A stretch of 64,000 bases of DNA from an uncultured Acidobacteriota bacterium. GTDB lineage: Bacteria; Acidobacteriota; UBA6911. The stretch's first letter is position 1. Each line of letters begins with the position of its first letter. Of the stretch, positions 63,201-64,000 are shown piece by piece. The notes beneath the pieces are model-generated. The model did not search any database. It saw only the letters and a list, made by a program, of their open reading frames with translations, and had not been told where the DNA came from. The stretch covers positions 32,001-96,000 of the forward strand of contig CAWHCF010000041.1 of assembly GCA_963827655.1 (NCBI GenBank), in the 5' to 3' direction. A program made the translations under genes and the position numbers.

Positions 63201-63558
63201 ACCGGCTAATCCGGTTGTGGATCGCCGGTGTGGTTGCAGTGTAGTAGACGTAGAGATACTGGTTGGACGTAAAATTCGGATCGACGGCGACACCCAGCAA
63301 ACCAGCCTCGCCATTCGTAGGAAAGCTCACTGCGAGGTCCACGAACGACGTGGATAGCAGGGTCCCGTTTTTGATGACCCGCAAACTTCCCCATTGTTCG
63401 CAGACGAAGATCCGCCCATCGGGTGCAAGAGCCATTGCGGTCGGATTGAAGAGACCGGTTGCAATCTCTGTTTCGGAAAATCCACTCGGAAGGTTTGCGC
63501 CATAGAGTGAAGCTGAACTCAGCCACGCGACAACTATCAAACCAATATACCGATTCAT
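60232..63558 (-). CDS. Secreted PQQ-dependent sugar dehydrogenase-like (GSDH propeller) protein with Ig-like domains and five C-terminal repeats; frameshifts at ~61630 and ~60790
   Basis: Signal peptide; LPSGF, HNGG..FGPDGKLY, GKILRLNPDG..P.DNPF, GLRNP, WEEIN..NYGWP; Ig I-set PASQTV..YQWQRNG; repeats AQMTSP.PGSTL. Confidence 0.82.
60242..61632 (-). repeat. Five tandem ~280-bp near-identical coding repeats (~94-aa Ser/Thr-rich beta-sandwich)
   Basis: Anchor gccgtgtag at 60242, 60521, 60804, 61089 and 61374 (periods 279, 283, 285, 285). Confidence 0.92.
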
Positions 63559-63649
63559 GGGTGGTCCTTTTCGCAGCGCAGTGTTCGACCCACGCACTTT
63601 GCGAAGCGGTTCGCCTTCGCTGCCTCACCGTACCTAAGCGGAAAACAGT

Positions 63650-63885
63650 GGCTTGAAAGAGCACATCGATATGCACCCACTCGGCCAGGTCGCGATTGTT
63701 CCGGATATAACGAGGAGCCGGATCGAAGCGATCCGATCCGCGCTCGTGCCGCGCGGACCTCGACCCAGTACGAAACCAGGTAATCATCGTCAGGTACGAC
63801 GGTGCGGATCTGCTGGCTGATGGTTTGGGCGCCGAAGGGAACATCTTCCCACAGAAACTGAGAGATGTAAAGGCCGGCGACAGGC
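63650..63885 (-). pseudogene. Internal fragment of a vanadium-dependent haloperoxidase-like gene
   Basis: G.YISQFLW..VPFGAQ.I.Q...DYL then, after a frame change, RYIRNNRDLAEWVHIDVLFQA. Confidence 0.6.
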
Positions 63886-64000
63886 GCCGGGAGTGTTCCC
63901 TCGGAATAAGGTCGCAGGAGTCGACGGCACGGCCTTCGGTCCACGGAAATCAGAGAATCGCGACAGATCAGCTGCTGCGGCCTGGGTGAGAGGATTAGCG

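Overview
GC-rich bacterial chromosomal DNA, most consistent with an Acidobacteriota genome or MAG. The inference rests on three Oar-like TonB-dependent receptors, an acidobacterial-type vWA protein, PQQ propellers and a sulfatase. About 45 CDS are present, mostly hydrolases, transporters, methyltransferases and envelope proteins. No rRNA, tRNA or CRISPR array was seen. The best candidate for a novel system is a compact minus-strand cluster at 50498-59232: NitT/TauT ABC permease, ABC ATPase, membrane coiled-coil protein, Vps4/Ycf46-like AAA+ ATPase, coiled-coil protein, PspA/IM30 (bacterial ESCRT-III), a membrane-anchored solute-binding/OmpA fusion, and a vWA lipoprotein. It converges on a cluster of ompA, vWA and a putative Zn-peptidase whose upstream region carries consensus sigma54 and IHF sites. 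Other notable elements are an ISAzo13-family IS with related MITEs, a dense family of 9-mer-based palindromic intergenic repeats, heptamer hairpins, a zincin plus Ddl-like ATP-grasp pair, a GT2/GT-C glycosylation islet, a PQQ/GSDH surface protein with five near-identical ~94-aa repeats, and several isolated gene fragments. Many genes carry 1-2 nt frameshifts, probably long-read indel errors, so pseudogene and fusion calls need caution. All family assignments come from motif recognition by eye, not database searches.
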